Part shown: in pieces, positions 25,171-39,099 of the stretch
Position numbering within the stretch: position 1 is the stretch's first letter
Layout of the letters: each line of letters begins with the position of its first letter
NCBI GenBank assembly: GCA_051294905.1
Contig: CM119371.1
Span: 15,192,001-15,256,000, forward strand
Direction of reading: 5' to 3'
Length of the DNA: 64,000 nt
Source of the DNA: Botryllus schlosseri
Lineage: Eukaryota
Translations under genes and position numbers: made by a program
The notes under the pieces: generated by a model
What the model was told of the DNA's origin: nothing
The model's database searches: none
What the model saw: only the letters and a program-made list of their open reading frames with translations

Positions 25171-26169
25171 CATGCATTAAGCTAGAGCGTATTAGCCACG
25201 TACATTAGCCTTCCATTGTGGAACGTGAACGTACGTGATAAACTATTACATGTCGTGGTGGCAGGGGTTCACAATGCATTGAGCACCGGTAAGAGACAAT
25301 GGCGAATCCGATTACGAAGATGGACTGAGGATATGACCACCTCTCCAGATTGGCGAGGAATTCACCAGAATAGTACAACTATCGCGACTGTCCGCCAAAA
25401 TCTGGGATTCTAAATATTTCTCACTGATATTGGGATGGGGCAGTGCTATCTAATTGATATATGAATCAACTGACTGATATCGTATTTCTTAATATAATGT
25501 CAAATCAGTTTGCTGAAATATGTAAAATTTCATGCTGTAATAGTACAAGTACTGTTAATTGCAACAGAAATGACTATTTCATAATGCATATATAAATTTT
25601 CGTTCAGAAGTGAGAAGCAACTACGCACTCTACATGGAACCAACAAAACTAAGTTCGAAATTACCCAAGGAGTACGTCATACCGAAGTTGTAGTTCTTGC
25701 GAAGCCGAATGAGGCTGCGACGGCAAAAGTTGTTAACGACTTTATACTGACTGTGAAATGATCGTTTGAATATCCCGGGTCCGGGTTCGCTTTTTAGATT
25801 GACGTAATTTAGGTTTGAAATTTGCCGAAAGCGATTTAGCTTTTGCTAAAATTACGGGTCGAATGTAAGTTAATTCACATGGAGTAACGCAATCTATTAG
25901 ACACTTTTTATACATTCATTTTTGCAGTAGCATAGACCATCGCAAAATGCTATATATTTTCTGAATTCGTGTAGGTTGCTGAATGTGCGACATGTCTATT
26001 TAAATGCGACAGCGTTGGTCGGCTTGTAATAGGGAATTCCCCTTGCTTATTTTCATCTCTGTAGCCGTGCTATCGTAAGCATGTGTTATTATATTGTTGA
26101 AATCTGAAATGGTTATGTCTTGGAGATCGATACGAGTGACGAAGTGAGCTAAAGGGTTCACAGATTATA

Positions 26170-27230
26170 ATTTGCGAAGCCATGTTCGTTGAAGGATGAG
26201 TCACTGACAGACCTTCTCCACAGAATCACGAAAAGCTAAGAAATGTGACTTTGAAGACGATGATGTAGAAGAGAGATTAGTGGAAAGAATCGTGGCATCC
26301 ACCCAAATCGAGTAACTAAGAGCAAAGATTTTGAAACAAAAATTCACGACTAAGGAAGCCCACTGTTAGATTTGGAAGCACTACACACATACAACAGTAT
26401 ACCCATGATGCTTCCTAAGGATGAACTTCAAGTATTGATATAATCGCAAAGGAAATATGGACACAAGACCTGTATCAAAAGCGGGCTTGTCACACGGTTG
26501 GAAATGCCCAGCATTTAGATCTCCCTGTGACTATTGCGAGAACTATGGCCACTGGGAGGATTTCTGCGCAACAAAGAAGCGTGATAGTGACGGCAATTCG
26601 AGAAGCAAGCAACAAGATAGCCACCAACGTAAAGCACCGAGAAAGTCGAAGAAACATCAAAAGATTCGACAAGCAGAAGTAAAAGTGTATGACACAGACA
26701 GCAGCAGTACCGATGGTCAAATCCCTGATGGTGATGATGGCTCAACGAACACAATTTCATCGATCACCATTGGAGCTGTCAACGAGCGCAAGAGCTCCGG
26801 AAAGTAAGCATACGATTAATTTTAGGCATATAAATCCGAAGCTTACGGGTTGCTGGAAGAATAAGGAATTATTCGGGAAATTCAAATCGACACCCTTACA
26901 TCCAGAACCCAATGTTTTACTTAAGAACTACTTGAGTGCTTTGAATCAATAACTCTCTGCACTCAATAACCACATGGCTTGAAGTATCGTTAGAACGAAT
27001 TCTATGTGGTTGACACTGACAGTCCTGGCATCCTGGGCCCGACCACCTGCGAGGCACTCAATCTTGTAACACTAAACCTGCACGCATGCAGTATCATGGA
27101 CAAGGCTCCTCATACAGAGCAGACACTGCCTAGGGTGGATACCATTGAGGACCTAAAAAGAATCATTTTCATACTGCTTCGACGTCATTAGCAACTTCAA
27201 GGGTGAAGAATCCCTGCACATACTAAAGAA
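26170..27230 (+). mobile_element. Decayed gypsy gag/protease remnant
   Basis: Zinc knuckle CPAFRSPCDYCENYGHWEDFC and protease tail VDTDSPGILGPTTCEALNLV. Confidence 0.7.
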
Positions 27231-27640
27231 CGCAGAAACAGAAGAGCTTTGAAAACAGCAGCTGCAGTGGATGCAACGAAAAGTCATCTCCGCTTACATT
27301 AGGCCTGTTGAAGTGATATGTTTTCTTGTCGCACCGAGTGTACGCCAATTTCTCTGTACAGCTGGACATAATTTCCTACTGGTATTTCACCATTATTTTG
27401 TATTTTTATAATTCTATTTGGTCTTTCGAATGAGATACGCATCGTAAAAGGTACAGTACTACATAGCATTAGCTACAGTGAATATCCACGACTGTGCAAA
27501 GCACCCGGATAACTCAGCTTTCACGATTGAAATATTTCGCCGCATTTTCTGTTTAATTCTGGGATATAAGTAGACTTATAAAGTCACCTGTGACACCACA
27601 TACTCCTCAGAGATGTTAAAACTGTCATTTGTCAGACCTT

Positions 27641-28913
27641 GGGGGGCATTACAAACAATGCGGTAAATCAGAATCTCCGCCAGCGGTAACAAGCTCTCTC
27701 GAATGCGATTACCGCATAATGTAAAAATTGGTATTTCAAAACATTTTGCGGCCAGCTCACGCAAGAGCGCTTTGAACTCATGTAAACTCTCGTAATTCCA
27801 GACGCAACACAACGTTTCGCAATCAACGCGCTAATTTGTGATTTCGCCAAGTCGATAATCTCAGTAAATGATGACATCAAATGAGGGTTTATAATGCCTC
27901 GTGGTCAGCAACGATTTGTAATTTAGCTGCGATAATCTTTCACATACAGGGAAATGGAAATACCCTAATTGCTTGTGGCATTTGCTCTGAAGAGAGCAAA
28001 ATTGCAGGCGTGCGCTACATTAGAGTTTGTCTGCTTTAGGCCGCTGCGTCAAGTATCAAGCGTGCATTGAATTTTATCTTCGTTTGAGGATAATACAGTT
28101 GAAGCAATACATGTATGACATTCTGGAAAATGGCGCTGATCGTAATTCACAACCACTTTATAGGCCTACCGAATCGGACTGAATTTTACCGTTCGGCATC
28201 GAGTTACTTATTGACAAGGCGACCACACGATATGCTAGCCAAAGTTGAAAAGTGGATATTAAATAAATCTATTTGGCAATAGATTACTAACCTACCGAGG
28301 TTAGTAATCTATAACTTAAGATTATAATAGCATGCTTCTGACATAGAACTCAAGTCCCCGTTATATTCATACAGGCTTTAAACGGCGAGGTAGCCTACTC
28401 AGTCCCCGCACTTACTGGTACGTATATGAGAATTCAATTCATAAGCGTTATACATCGCCACTGCCTTATTTTGCTTGATTTTACCAACAGGCAACAGTTA
28501 GGCCTACGAAATATAACCCTACTGGGTAACTTACAGGTAATGCCCTTTTAGATCGATTACTGCCTCACTTCTTTACTTTATTGAAGTAGAATATTAAGAT
28601 TTTGCAGCAAAAAGCTACTATTTCCAGCGCGGATTCAACTCCGCCAGCTAAAAGCTAAGCGGTAAGTTACCGCGAGAAATCTGCGCTAATTTCAGTTTTG
28701 TAATACCGAACTTTGCGGATAGTGACGTTCGTGACGCAAATCGTTCACGTTTTCTCTCGATTACTAGGTTTTGCGGTAAGTCAATGTCAGCGGTAAAAAT
28801 GCTCACGAAGACATCGTTATTGAGGGTTTTGTAATCGCGATTGTCCGCTTCCCTCGAATTGTGACGGTAAATGATGATGCCGCAGCGCGGTAGTCGTTTT
28901 GTAATGCCGCCCC
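27641..28913. mobile_element. Non-autonomous TIR element, PIF/Harbinger-like
   Basis: TIR ggggggcattacaaa/ttttgtaatgccgcccc with taccgc/gcggta subterminal motifs; lies between two gypsy remnants. TSD not resolved. Confidence 0.6.
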
Positions 28914-29419
28914 ATAGCTTAGATATATTTAATTCACTGCTACATAGATATGTTTGGGGCCAATGCCCTCAAATGAGGAACTTTTTGCTTCAATACATTA
29001 GATACAGTCAGTAATGAATCTCTGCTAAACCAGTCGCTGATAAAGCTAGTATCTATGTTTAAAAAAGCCGTGATGACGGCAAGAAATAAGAAAATCTGGA
29101 AAACATCTGACTCCGTAAGAAGAAGACTCGAAAGAAGAAACCGAAATGAGGATGATGAAGAAACGGAAGAAATCTTAGAGAATATAACAGAACGAGCGCG
29201 AAAACTACGAAGCAACACGCGATAGGCTAATATATGAGAAACGTGCTAAAGCAAATGAACTACAATTATAACACGCATTATCGCGATTCCGAGCTATGGC
29301 TGCATTTGAAATGATATATAATATGCGTGCAACGCCAGGTGAAACTAGAACTAGAACATGTAAGTTGGATCTACCGGTTGTATCTGTAAAATTAAAGTCT
29401 TGCGCGTAGCGCGAGATTA

Positions 29420-30005
29420 CCGAATGGGTGTAAGTTTACTTTACCATGACTGACGGTAAGGTAGCCCGCGAAAACGGCATAATGTTCAAAGGAAATCAGA
29501 CAGTTGTTTTAACATGTCTGCAACCAGACATACTACAAAAACTGCATGAGAGTCACTGGGCATTGAGAAGACAATAAAACTTGACAGGGAATACGTATAT
29601 TGGCCTGAACTAAAGAATAACATTGCAACACTCTGCTAGTCGTGCGAATCACGCCAGGAACTCCTACCGGAACAAACAAAACGAACAATGAAGATGTAGG
29701 AATGCTCACCAAAACCTTGGGTAAAACTGGGAGCTGACATTTTCAAGATCAAAGGTAGGAAGTTTCTGATCATTTCATACTACTTTTCCATGTACCCCAT
29801 CGTGCAAGAACTATGATTGATAACATCGAAATCCGTCATTTAAAAATTGAAACAGATCCTGAGCTTATTTGGAAGCGTTTAAGAAATAGTCAATGACGGT
29901 GGACCTTGTTTCCTCAGCCAATACGACATGTTCTGCGATGAATGGAAGATCGCACACACCACCAGATCACCTCGACGCAGCAGATCAAATGGCTTCATCG
30001 AATGA
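29420..30005 (+). mobile_element. Decayed gypsy integrase remnant
   Basis: ILQKLHESH..YVYWPEL..PWVKLGADIF..IVNDGGPCF..SNGFIE, with stops. Probably the same element as 26170-27230. Confidence 0.8.
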
Positions 30006-30220
30006 TGAAGAAATTGTCAAGTTACATGGAAAAACGGTTAACATCACGTTTGGCTCATTTCCAACCAGAAGACTTATGGTGATACCAATTTGAAATTTCA
30101 ATAATTTAGAAGAAGAAAATTATTCGCAGTGGAAATATCGTCACTCCACCATTACCAAACAATGTGTTCCTGTCATGCCTAAAGGCAAAGTTATGCAACA
30201 ATTTGCTGGTCGTACACCAA

Positions 30221-31189
30221 GGGCCGTATTCGGAGACACGTCTCTATCTCAAACTCAAGTCGTGCTCAACGGAGCACAGGATGAGTCCAACTTAATTAGA
30301 GAGAACGTTTGGTATTCGGTTAGGATTTCAAGCGTTGCTCAGTTTTGAGTCTTTGACAGCTGATGACTGCTTGCAGACGTCTGCGGTTTTGTTAATTGTT
30401 CGTGATCTGGGAATCCGCAGGTTTAGATATCATGTTAGTTGCCTAGCATTGCCTTCAATCTCGAAGTCTTCAGGCATAAGCACAAGTTATTTATTGGATT
30501 ACTGATGATGGGTAGTGGTACCATCTACCATTGTATTTGCCTGCTGAGGCGCCGTATTGTCCGCCCGCATCGCCACGGATTCGGGTCTTGTTAGGATTGG
30601 TAGATCCCTAGAGTAGACAACAGCTTCTGTTTGGTTTTTCAGTAATACTCATCCCCCATTCGTTTCTACATATCCTGATGCTACGTTTTATATTTAAATG
30701 ATAAAACAGGGCGTTGTGAGGAATTAGCCGCTTTCGCGAATCTATTGGAAGTCTTTCTGATAAAAAATGTCCGCCAATTTGGGAATAGCCTACCCAGCCA
30801 ACGATGAAGCCATACAGCGCTAGAACATGATTTCCTTCTTATAGCAATGCTATATATTACAGTTGAAATTGTGAATTCAGGCGCCAAACATGCTCACAGC
30901 GCTATTTCCACATTCAAGGCCAGACGTTAAAAAGTGAATGAGTATGGCGTTGAGTCTGCCGACGGCTTGACTCGGTAAACGCTTGCTCAAACGATACATT
31001 TTGAGATCGACTCTGACCTCAGATCGTCATTGAATACCATAACCACAAAAGTACAACTCCAAAGAGCGCTGAGTTCGACTTCAGTCGAACTTAAACTCGT
31101 TCTCTTGCTTTGCTTTCTGAATACCGATTTTACGCAATGTTGACGCAAAACGAGTTTGAGCACTGAGTAGGGTTTCGTGAATACGGGCC
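30221..31189. mobile_element. Non-autonomous PIF/Harbinger-like element
   Basis: TIR gggccgtattc/gaatacgggcc, subterminal ctcaaactc at both ends, 3-bp TSD caa. Confidence 0.6.
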
Positions 31190-31249
31190 CAAGTCCTGCT
31201 TTGGGTTCTGTAAATGATGCAGAGGGCTGATGATGAAGTCTTTGCAGTG

Positions 31250-31950
31250 ATAAATTGTATTCTCACTGGCAGAACCCCAGTAAGGAATGCACTATTGCCC
31301 AGCTCTGAATACTGATACCACTCTGACTGTTTTCAGATAAACTGGGGAAACACCATTTTCTATTATGATGTTGGAGAAAGGGAAATAAAATGATCAACAT
31401 GCAAGCTGATAATTTTCTGACACCAGGCTGAAATTAGATCTTCACCGATGGCCTCTTTTTAGATAATCGATCGCTACTTTGACTTCAGAGTGATTTATAA
31501 GGTAAAACATTTTAGACTGAAATATCGTTCTAGCATCTAGCCTGGTTTTGAGAGGGACAGTTTTTCACCGGTATTCAAGTTCACGATTTCCAAAAAAAGG
31601 ACTGGTACGTTTTGACTGGTGCCAGAGAGAGTCAATCTCGACAAGGTCTTTGGAGTGTCCTCTATATTTTTGAGGAAGAATCTTCATATATCTTTGCCTC
31701 TAAGCCTTGAAAATATGATGAGTGATGTGATTCCTGAATTGTCAAAGTCTTTCTCGTCCATCCTGTGGGAAGTTCCCGGTATTCAGTCTTTTATGCCATG
31801 AATTTTGTTGTTTCGATATAATGCAATAGCCGTTGAGTCATCCACAAGAATCGGTTCCACTTGCGATCTCGATGTGTCACAGCATCGATTTGATGGTCAA
31901 CAAACCGATCAATGCAGTACAAATTGCGATCACGTTTATTCAAAACGACA
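31250..31950 (-). mobile_element. Highly decayed CR1-like ORF2 remnant
   Basis: Minus-strand peptide IIENGVSPVYLKTVRVVSVFRAG resembles the pre-RT GxFPxxLKxAxVxPIFKxG motif. Confidence 0.4.
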
Positions 31951-32247
31951 CATAATAGATTACCAAAGACAAGAATATACAAAAACGATGAATTGTCACA
32001 TGTAATTAGTAGCAAATGAATCAAATGCAAAGTATTCCATTAATTCATGTATAACTGTCTTTTTATGAGTGAGTGTCTCATATTATTAGGTTCATCTTCC
32101 GATAGTGCATGGACATCTGAAGAGGCATGGCACAGAGATTTCACATACATCAGGTGTGATGCCAGTTCCACTGTTTTCTTTAATTCCAGTCCATGCCAAA
32201 TTGATGAACTTCCACCTTGACAGTACAAGAATCAATCACCTTGTTAA

Positions 32248-33668
32248 CCCTACTCCCGCGGTCGGCCTCCAGGCCAAATTTTAATGCATCAGCCAAAAAG
32301 TTCATAAAACGCGAACAACGGGACTTGAACCGACGCCCAATATATCGCCGTGATCAGGAAATAGCAGCCTAACCAACTGAGCTACTCGGAAGGCTCGGGC
32401 GAGAGAGGCGACGATGATATTGAAACCAGTCTACGCGATTTCTCAAAAGTGAAAGAGAAATTTGTTTTTCGTTTTCCCGTGACGTGATAGATAATCCTTC
32501 CCATGGTGAATGACCACGTGGTTGTCTTACATATCAATTTCGGCATTCAAACAAGACATTACTGAGCTTGAAATCTTTCCGCAACCGTGCGCACCGCGAC
32601 TGGGAAGTTTTCGTTATAAGCGTTACTCACGGCCGCCGCTGATTACGTCATCGCGATGGAGGCAACGTGCGTTGTAATTCGTGTTTATTTGGCTTTGCCT
32701 GGTCCAGTTATATAAGTCCAAATCCATGTTAGTGATCTTATAGATACTATTGATCGTACATAACTAACAAAATGTTCAATTTGCAACTGCACAAGGCCAT
32801 CGGAAGTATATATATTGCCTTGTTTGACACTTCTCATAGGCGCGCGATTTCTCTTGTTGCTTCATTTCATATCAATTTGAAACGTGTTCTACACATCGAA
32901 TGTCCGATACATGTTCGTCAGTATATGGGCATATGATCACCATCTATTCATTGAAGTCTACAGTAACTTCGTGTAACATATAAAACGGATGATTCAACGG
33001 TCTGTAAGATGTTGTTATTACAGGCGCGAGTACCGTACACTCGCGCCAACTTACACACCCATGTCTGCAGTGTTTAGCACTGGCGTCGTGTAACTTATAT
33101 AAGACCAACCTTCGTGATACTGATCTTGTTGAAGTGTTATGGACTGCATCTAACTATGTGTGTGACATTCAACTGTATAAGACAATCGTAAGTGAATGTA
33201 TATGGCCTTATGCGGCAATGCTCATATGTGCGCCGCATTTTTCACGTAACAGAATATTGCTTTATTTCACACCAATTTGAAGCGTGTTCTATCCAACTAA
33301 TTCCCGATATTATGGTTGCAATGAACTCTTGCGATCAACAACTACTCTAAAACGACAACTGTGTCTGCTTATGACGTGTAGAACGGAAGATATAAGGAAT
33401 TATAAGATTAGCGTTCATTCAGGCGAACTGAGCTACACATTGCATTTTGCGGGAAACGTTTTTCTGTATTCAATCTGCAATTTGAACAGGTTATATCATA
33501 AGGCAATGGGTTATATATAGCTGGTCGTATGCGTATGGACAATCGCTATTTATAGACGATCATTATAACCATTTATGACCCCTACAACGCAAGATGTCGT
33601 TAATTGATTGAAGCGTGTTTGTGAAAAACTGTGCATGGATCCTATAGGATCCACCCGCGGCGAAAGGG
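32248..33668. mobile_element. Non-autonomous piggyBac element
   Basis: TTAA on both sides (32244-32247, 33669-33672); imperfect TIR ccctactcccgcgg/ccgcggcgaaaggg. Confidence 0.75.
32311..32390 (-). other. tRNA-derived Pol III promoter module (pseudo-tRNA or SINE head)
   Basis: A box tagctcagttgg and B box ggttcaagtcc at tRNA-like spacing; no convincing acceptor stem. Confidence 0.6.
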
Positions 33669-33699
33669 TTAACTGTCGCTGGTGCCCTCTTAGAATTTT

Positions 33700-35200
33700 T
33701 CGTCTGTCCATCCATAATACAGAGCATAGCAGGGCGTTCCAACCTTGAAGTGATTGACTTCAGTAAATTTGCCTTTCAACTTCTCTCATTGCTTTAATCG
33801 TATAATTATATATTTCCAACTGCTCATGACACGCAATGTGCAATGCGATGTCATAAACGGTTGAAAGGATGAAGACATGGCTAGCTACGGTCTCTTAATC
33901 CAATTTTTATCGTGGGTTAGCGCTCAGTGTAACAATGTTCGTTCTCAATCTTTATCCGGCCACATTTTCTTTAATCTCTCTTCCTTGTTCTTTTCCTTTG
34001 ATTCTTTGTGCACGTCCTTCATCAGGTCTTTTTCTGGCGCTGGTAAGCCAATTCTGGTGCATGTAATCACAGCAGGAATTACAGGATCGCCAATGGAATC
34101 TTATGACAATGTACCAGGAACCATAGGCGGCTCAATTCATCGGCGCTACCATGCTACTTTGTGTTACGACATTCAATATCATAATTTTATTGATTGCAAG
34201 TCTTTTATTGATTGCTAGTCTCATCTGGTTGGGTGGTTTCCAGCGAGGCATGATTTGTGTGGTCCAAAAAATATAGTACCGTCAATAAAAACTGTACTTG
34301 ATACAATATTGATGGAGGTTCTAAAGAGCAACATTGATAACCGAAACGTATTTGTTAATCTGGTCATACTTTCATGAAGTGTCTTTTGAATATATCGCGA
34401 GTTGGCTTCTTACAATCATCATTAGAACAGTGAAAAACAGGCAAACAATTCCTACGTCAGACGAGTCACATGATGATCCAAACTTCTTTATCAGATCAAA
34501 ATGAACCTAGAGTAATTCTCCTCGTCAAACTTTCTTCAATTCTGCCTATGAATCTTGTCTATATTCAACACCAAAATCACAGGATTCCTTTTCTTGTAAG
34601 AAGTAAAGGCTGACACATTGGGTAGAAATTGACTGTAGAATTGTACCGGGTCACGTATGATTTGGAAACATAAGCAAGAGCCAGCATTTTCAACATCGCC
34701 TCCATTTTGAAACCTCTGGAATTACTAGCTTCAAGTGGACAGTCTCTGATGTTCAAGATAAAAAAGTACATATTCGCACAACCGTCAGTCAAATTCTTAG
34801 GTCTGGAATAAAAATTAGTTTCAACGCCGCCTCCATTTTGAACCCCTGGAACTACCGGCACTTTATAATCGTTATTTTAGACCTATGTTTCAACTGACAG
34901 TTGTGAAAATATGAGCTTTGGTTTTCGGCATTAGAGACCTTTCCCATGATGTGTCTTCAACAATGCATTGAGACCATCGGATTGAATCCGCTGACCAAAA
35001 TCTCATCCGGGAAAACTGCAACGCCTCTTGAATCATCACTCAGCTGATTCATGAGTTTCGTGAAATAACCTGGTGCTGAAGAGATTCCAAACAGGATCTT
35101 TATTTGCAGCAAGACTTTTTTTAGACTTCTTCGGTCAATTGAACTAGGTTTTATGCAGCAGACTAATCAATCTTTGAAAAGCGATATCAACCGTCCCTTT
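33700..35200 (-). mobile_element. Decayed gypsy pol remnant
   Basis: FGISSAPGYFTKLMNQL..GVAVFPDEILVSG near 34985-35095 (RT); weaker integrase-tail similarity near 34230-34280. Confidence 0.55.
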
Positions 35201-36280
35201 GAATTGGCTGTCGAGTGTCGATGCATTTCATACAGTGAATTCATCGCAACAGAATATTCGCTGCTTACAGAAATCTTTCCCGATTTATTACCAGGAAACA
35301 CTTGTTTACGAATTAGTAAACATAGTCATTGAAATTGATCAGTTGCCACACATCCAATTACCAAGTCATAATCTTGCGATAACTTATTGCAGATAGCAAA
35401 CGGTACTGAAGAATAATCACAGACAATCCTTCAAACAACCAAACCGAAAATGTACTGGTGAAATCCTCACAGCGGTTGGTCGATTCGGAAAAATGAAAAC
35501 TGGAAAGTGAGTTTACAACTCTGCTACCGTAGAGGGTATCAATTACAATATTCAGTATCCATATTCCACTAGGGCCTATAAATTTTAATGAGTATATCAG
35601 TAAGAATAAATTGAAAATTGGATATTTCAGATGGATTATAGTCATCTGGTAGTAAAATATTCCAAAGGTGTGAATACACCTCAAGTGTTCAGTTTATGCA
35701 ATGATGTAAATTCAAGCTCAGCAGGTATTCAGACATGTGCCAGTATCCAGTATTCATTCACTGCACAATTACTTTGATGTTGGATACGCTTGAGTATGCT
35801 TTACACCTTCAATACAACCACTCCTTCCAAAAACTTTCCTGTGAACATATACTTTTTTTGATATGGTGGTTGACTATCACCCCTACTATTGTAGTAATGG
35901 CATAGAGCCCATATATATTTGCATCCATGAGGTGAGCGTCAGCACTTATCAAGAAGCTTTTTTTGTTCCACTTCATATCCAAAAACTCCTGAAAGTCCAC
36001 GTTTCTTCGTACAAGAAGACTTGACTATGTTAGTTTGAAACGGGTGTTTCTTTTGCTTTTCAGTATGCACACTCCGTTCAGAAAGCTTGATTTCCAAAAT
36101 AACACATAAATATAAATCGGTTCATCAAACAGAATTTTGATTGGCGAAAATCACAGGTGAGCACATCTTGCCTGATAGGAGCAGCTAATTCCGGTATGCA
36201 GTAATGGCATCACGTCGCTATATATTAGCATCCATGAGGTAAGTGTCAACACTTATCACGATGCTTTCTTTGTTCGGTTC

Positions 36281-36765
36281 GGTTTATTAGAATACTTTAT
36301 CAGTTCAATACACCCCTTGTATTGCGATACAATGAAAAGAGAGGAAACGTGTCGAAACGACTTGGTGTAGTCTTTGGAATCAGACACTCACCTTGGCCTA
36401 GCGAGGCGATGTAAAGAGGAGACAAACACACTGAATGAAGAGTAAAAGAAGACAATATAGAAAAGAATGCAATAAAAATAGGGTGGCTTGTTACGGAAAA
36501 TCGATAGGTCAGGTCGCGGTCCGGTAATCTTGAGTGCGGACTCGTATTCATTTAGTAGAAATCGCTTGTATTTCGACTTGAATGTGGACATGCTCGTCGA
36601 CTGTCAGATGGCCGGGCCAGGTCCGGCATATTTGATAGAGCGATGATCTTTCCGGTCGATCATATGATATTTGGACGATGTGGACGAGCGTGTGTTGTAC
36701 TTGTGAGCTTTTCATTCCGGGGTAAATAAGTCATTGAAATGTTCGGGGCAATGACCGCAGTGGAA
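36281..36765 (-). mobile_element. CR1-like LINE 3' end (ORF2 tail plus UTR)
   Basis: HKYNTRS..SIKYAGP..STFKSKYKRFLLNEY followed by a UTR shared with 3050-3330; splits a local tandem duplication. Confidence 0.7.
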
Positions 36766-37485
36766 TTGATACATAAATTTGACGCTTCATATCTAATTCA
36801 TATCTAAAAACTTGACCATCGAAAGTCTGGACAGCTTGTTTGCGTTTCTTAGTATAAGAAGACTTGACTATGTTAGTTAGAAACGGGTGTTTCTTTTGCT
36901 TTTCAGTATATATACTCCTTTCAGAACAGTTCCATTTCGAAAATAACACATAAATATACATCGGTTCATCCAACAGATTTTTGATTGGCGAAAATCACAG
37001 CTGATCACGTCTTGCCTGATACAAGCATCTAATTCAGGTATGGCTGCTCTTGGTTCCAGATTCATATCACAAATTGGTTCGGATCATAGTCCTCTGTCAT
37101 GTAAAGGTCAATTCCATCCAGGGAAATGATATTCATCTTTTCCGTATCGGCCTGATCTGCATATATATTCTGCAATATTTTGTAGACCACCCTACATTGA
37201 TTTGTCAGGAATATATGGGCTATTTTATCATCATCCATTCATGAATCAATTGGCTTAGATCAGTTACCGGGGCAGTGTGGACCACGTTGGAAGATGTCTT
37301 ACACATCCATGCCTTCCAACTCTTCACGCTGCTGTTCCAATCGTTGCTTGACAACAGTCTTTGTCCAAACAATCTTCACACTGCAACCTGTTCTCGAAAT
37401 TGCAAAAATATCGTAGCTCTGATATGTATCAAAAGATTTTCGTCGTCAAATTGTCAACACGTGTTTATTTACAACACATAATATA

Positions 37486-38760
37486 TTAACAAATGCAACA
37501 ACATACAAAAACAATCAACAGTGATAACAACAATGTGACCAAAACATGAATTCTTGCCTCACTTGTGTTTCTCGTCAGCTCAGTGATACCGACAGACTTG
37601 ATGGCAATGGAGTGGGGATCTGATCCCTTCTTGAGAAGACCCGCATTAATATCTCCCCTGAATTTAAACATGCTGCCTCTTGGATGATGAATTCCCAGAT
37701 AATTGTTTGCAGTGTTCAATATTGCAGTTGTATTCCGAACAGTTTTCGTAGGAAATTTCTTACTGATGCTCTCATAGAAATTGGGGGAATAGATATCTTC
37801 AAAGTTATAGCCTAATGTAGAGGCCTTTGTCCGGTATGGAGGTTTATTCAGCTCACAAAATATACTACAACCCGACAGACGATACAGATCCAAGAACCAA
37901 TTAACTGACCAGTCATACCGTCAACCGCACCGCACGGCCGACACAACCCAAAAGGCAAAACCAGCTCATGCTCTTCACCGAATAGACAGAGTATGACCGA
38001 TAGCGGACCCGAATAGGGGGCGCAGGAGGGATGCTACACCAACAACTTTACATTCATCGAGGGCTTATTTGAAAAATACATTTCCGAGCTACCACTAAAG
38101 CAGATATACTGTTCAGTGTTCAGTGTTCAGGGCAGAAAGAAGGGTTTCTAGTTTATCCAGATAAGATTTCAACCATCTGATGTTAAAATGAATCAAGTTA
38201 ATCTCGGGAGATTAGACAAAAGTAAGGCCGTTTTTCCGGCCTTGTTGAGTTGAACATTAAAATAAGCTAAAAAGTATTTGTTATCCATGGACAATAAATT
38301 AAGTATCAGCGTCCCCCACTCAGGCAGTGAAGGACAATTCAATCAAACTCCAGACGGAGGATATTTCACTTTGATTCGTTTCTGTATCTTGAACGAATGC
38401 TACGAGATAATGAGCTTTGGTTTGCGATCAAAATTGTTCCACATTGTTCCTCGTCCTCAATAATTCCATGTTCACGGATTCCATGGAATTGATCGACTAT
38501 TGTCCAGTCTGTTGTTGCTGTCTGCTTCAACGTCAACATCAGATATGTGAGCGAGACAGAGTCAAATTCGGGAAAAGCCGTTTTCTTCAATCAGACATCG
38601 AACCTCGGTGTGCACCAATTAGGATTCAAATACTCCGTTATTTTCACTGCATAAAATAATCCACACTCTGTGGTGATTCTATCTGATGATAGAAAGGATG
38701 AATTTTGTGAAGTAACAATGCACTTTTCCGGTATGCAGTTGATTGAATAACCAATGCCTA
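37486..38760 (-). pseudogene. Possible decayed SF1 helicase (Schlafen C-terminal/DUF2075-like)
   Basis: Ordered motifs: AGKTALL (about 38229-38243), LDEC (about 38050-38064), WFLDLY (about 37883-37900), TKTVRNT (about 37730-37750). Frames are disrupted. Confidence 0.4.
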
Positions 38761-39099
38761 AGTGAATAGATTTTTTTACTGCATATTGTGCTGCTTTAGC
38801 ATACAGCAGCTGTATTATAAGCCTATACCACCCCGTTTGTTATCAACGCCAGTGATTTACACCGTCATTTAACGATACTATGGGGTGCATAAAAAGACCC
38901 ATCTCATCATCATCGTCTGAGGCAAGCGACCCTTTGCTCAAATGTCCTACATCTCAGAGCTCGCCACTTGAATATGAAGGCTAAGGTCAGTATTAGATTA
39001 CACTAGTTAACATTCTAATTGCTTCTGAGACGGTTGTGGGCAATCTTCATTATTTGGGGTCGCTGTTCATGAATATCAACTCGGAATTTGTTGATTGTC

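Noticed and set aside
32311..32390. Functional tRNA gene
   Set aside because: A and B boxes are present, but the acceptor and anticodon stems do not pair convincingly.
36877..37065. Cys-rich peptide as an endogenous viral glycoprotein
   Set aside because: Only a vague resemblance, with no other viral hallmarks nearby.
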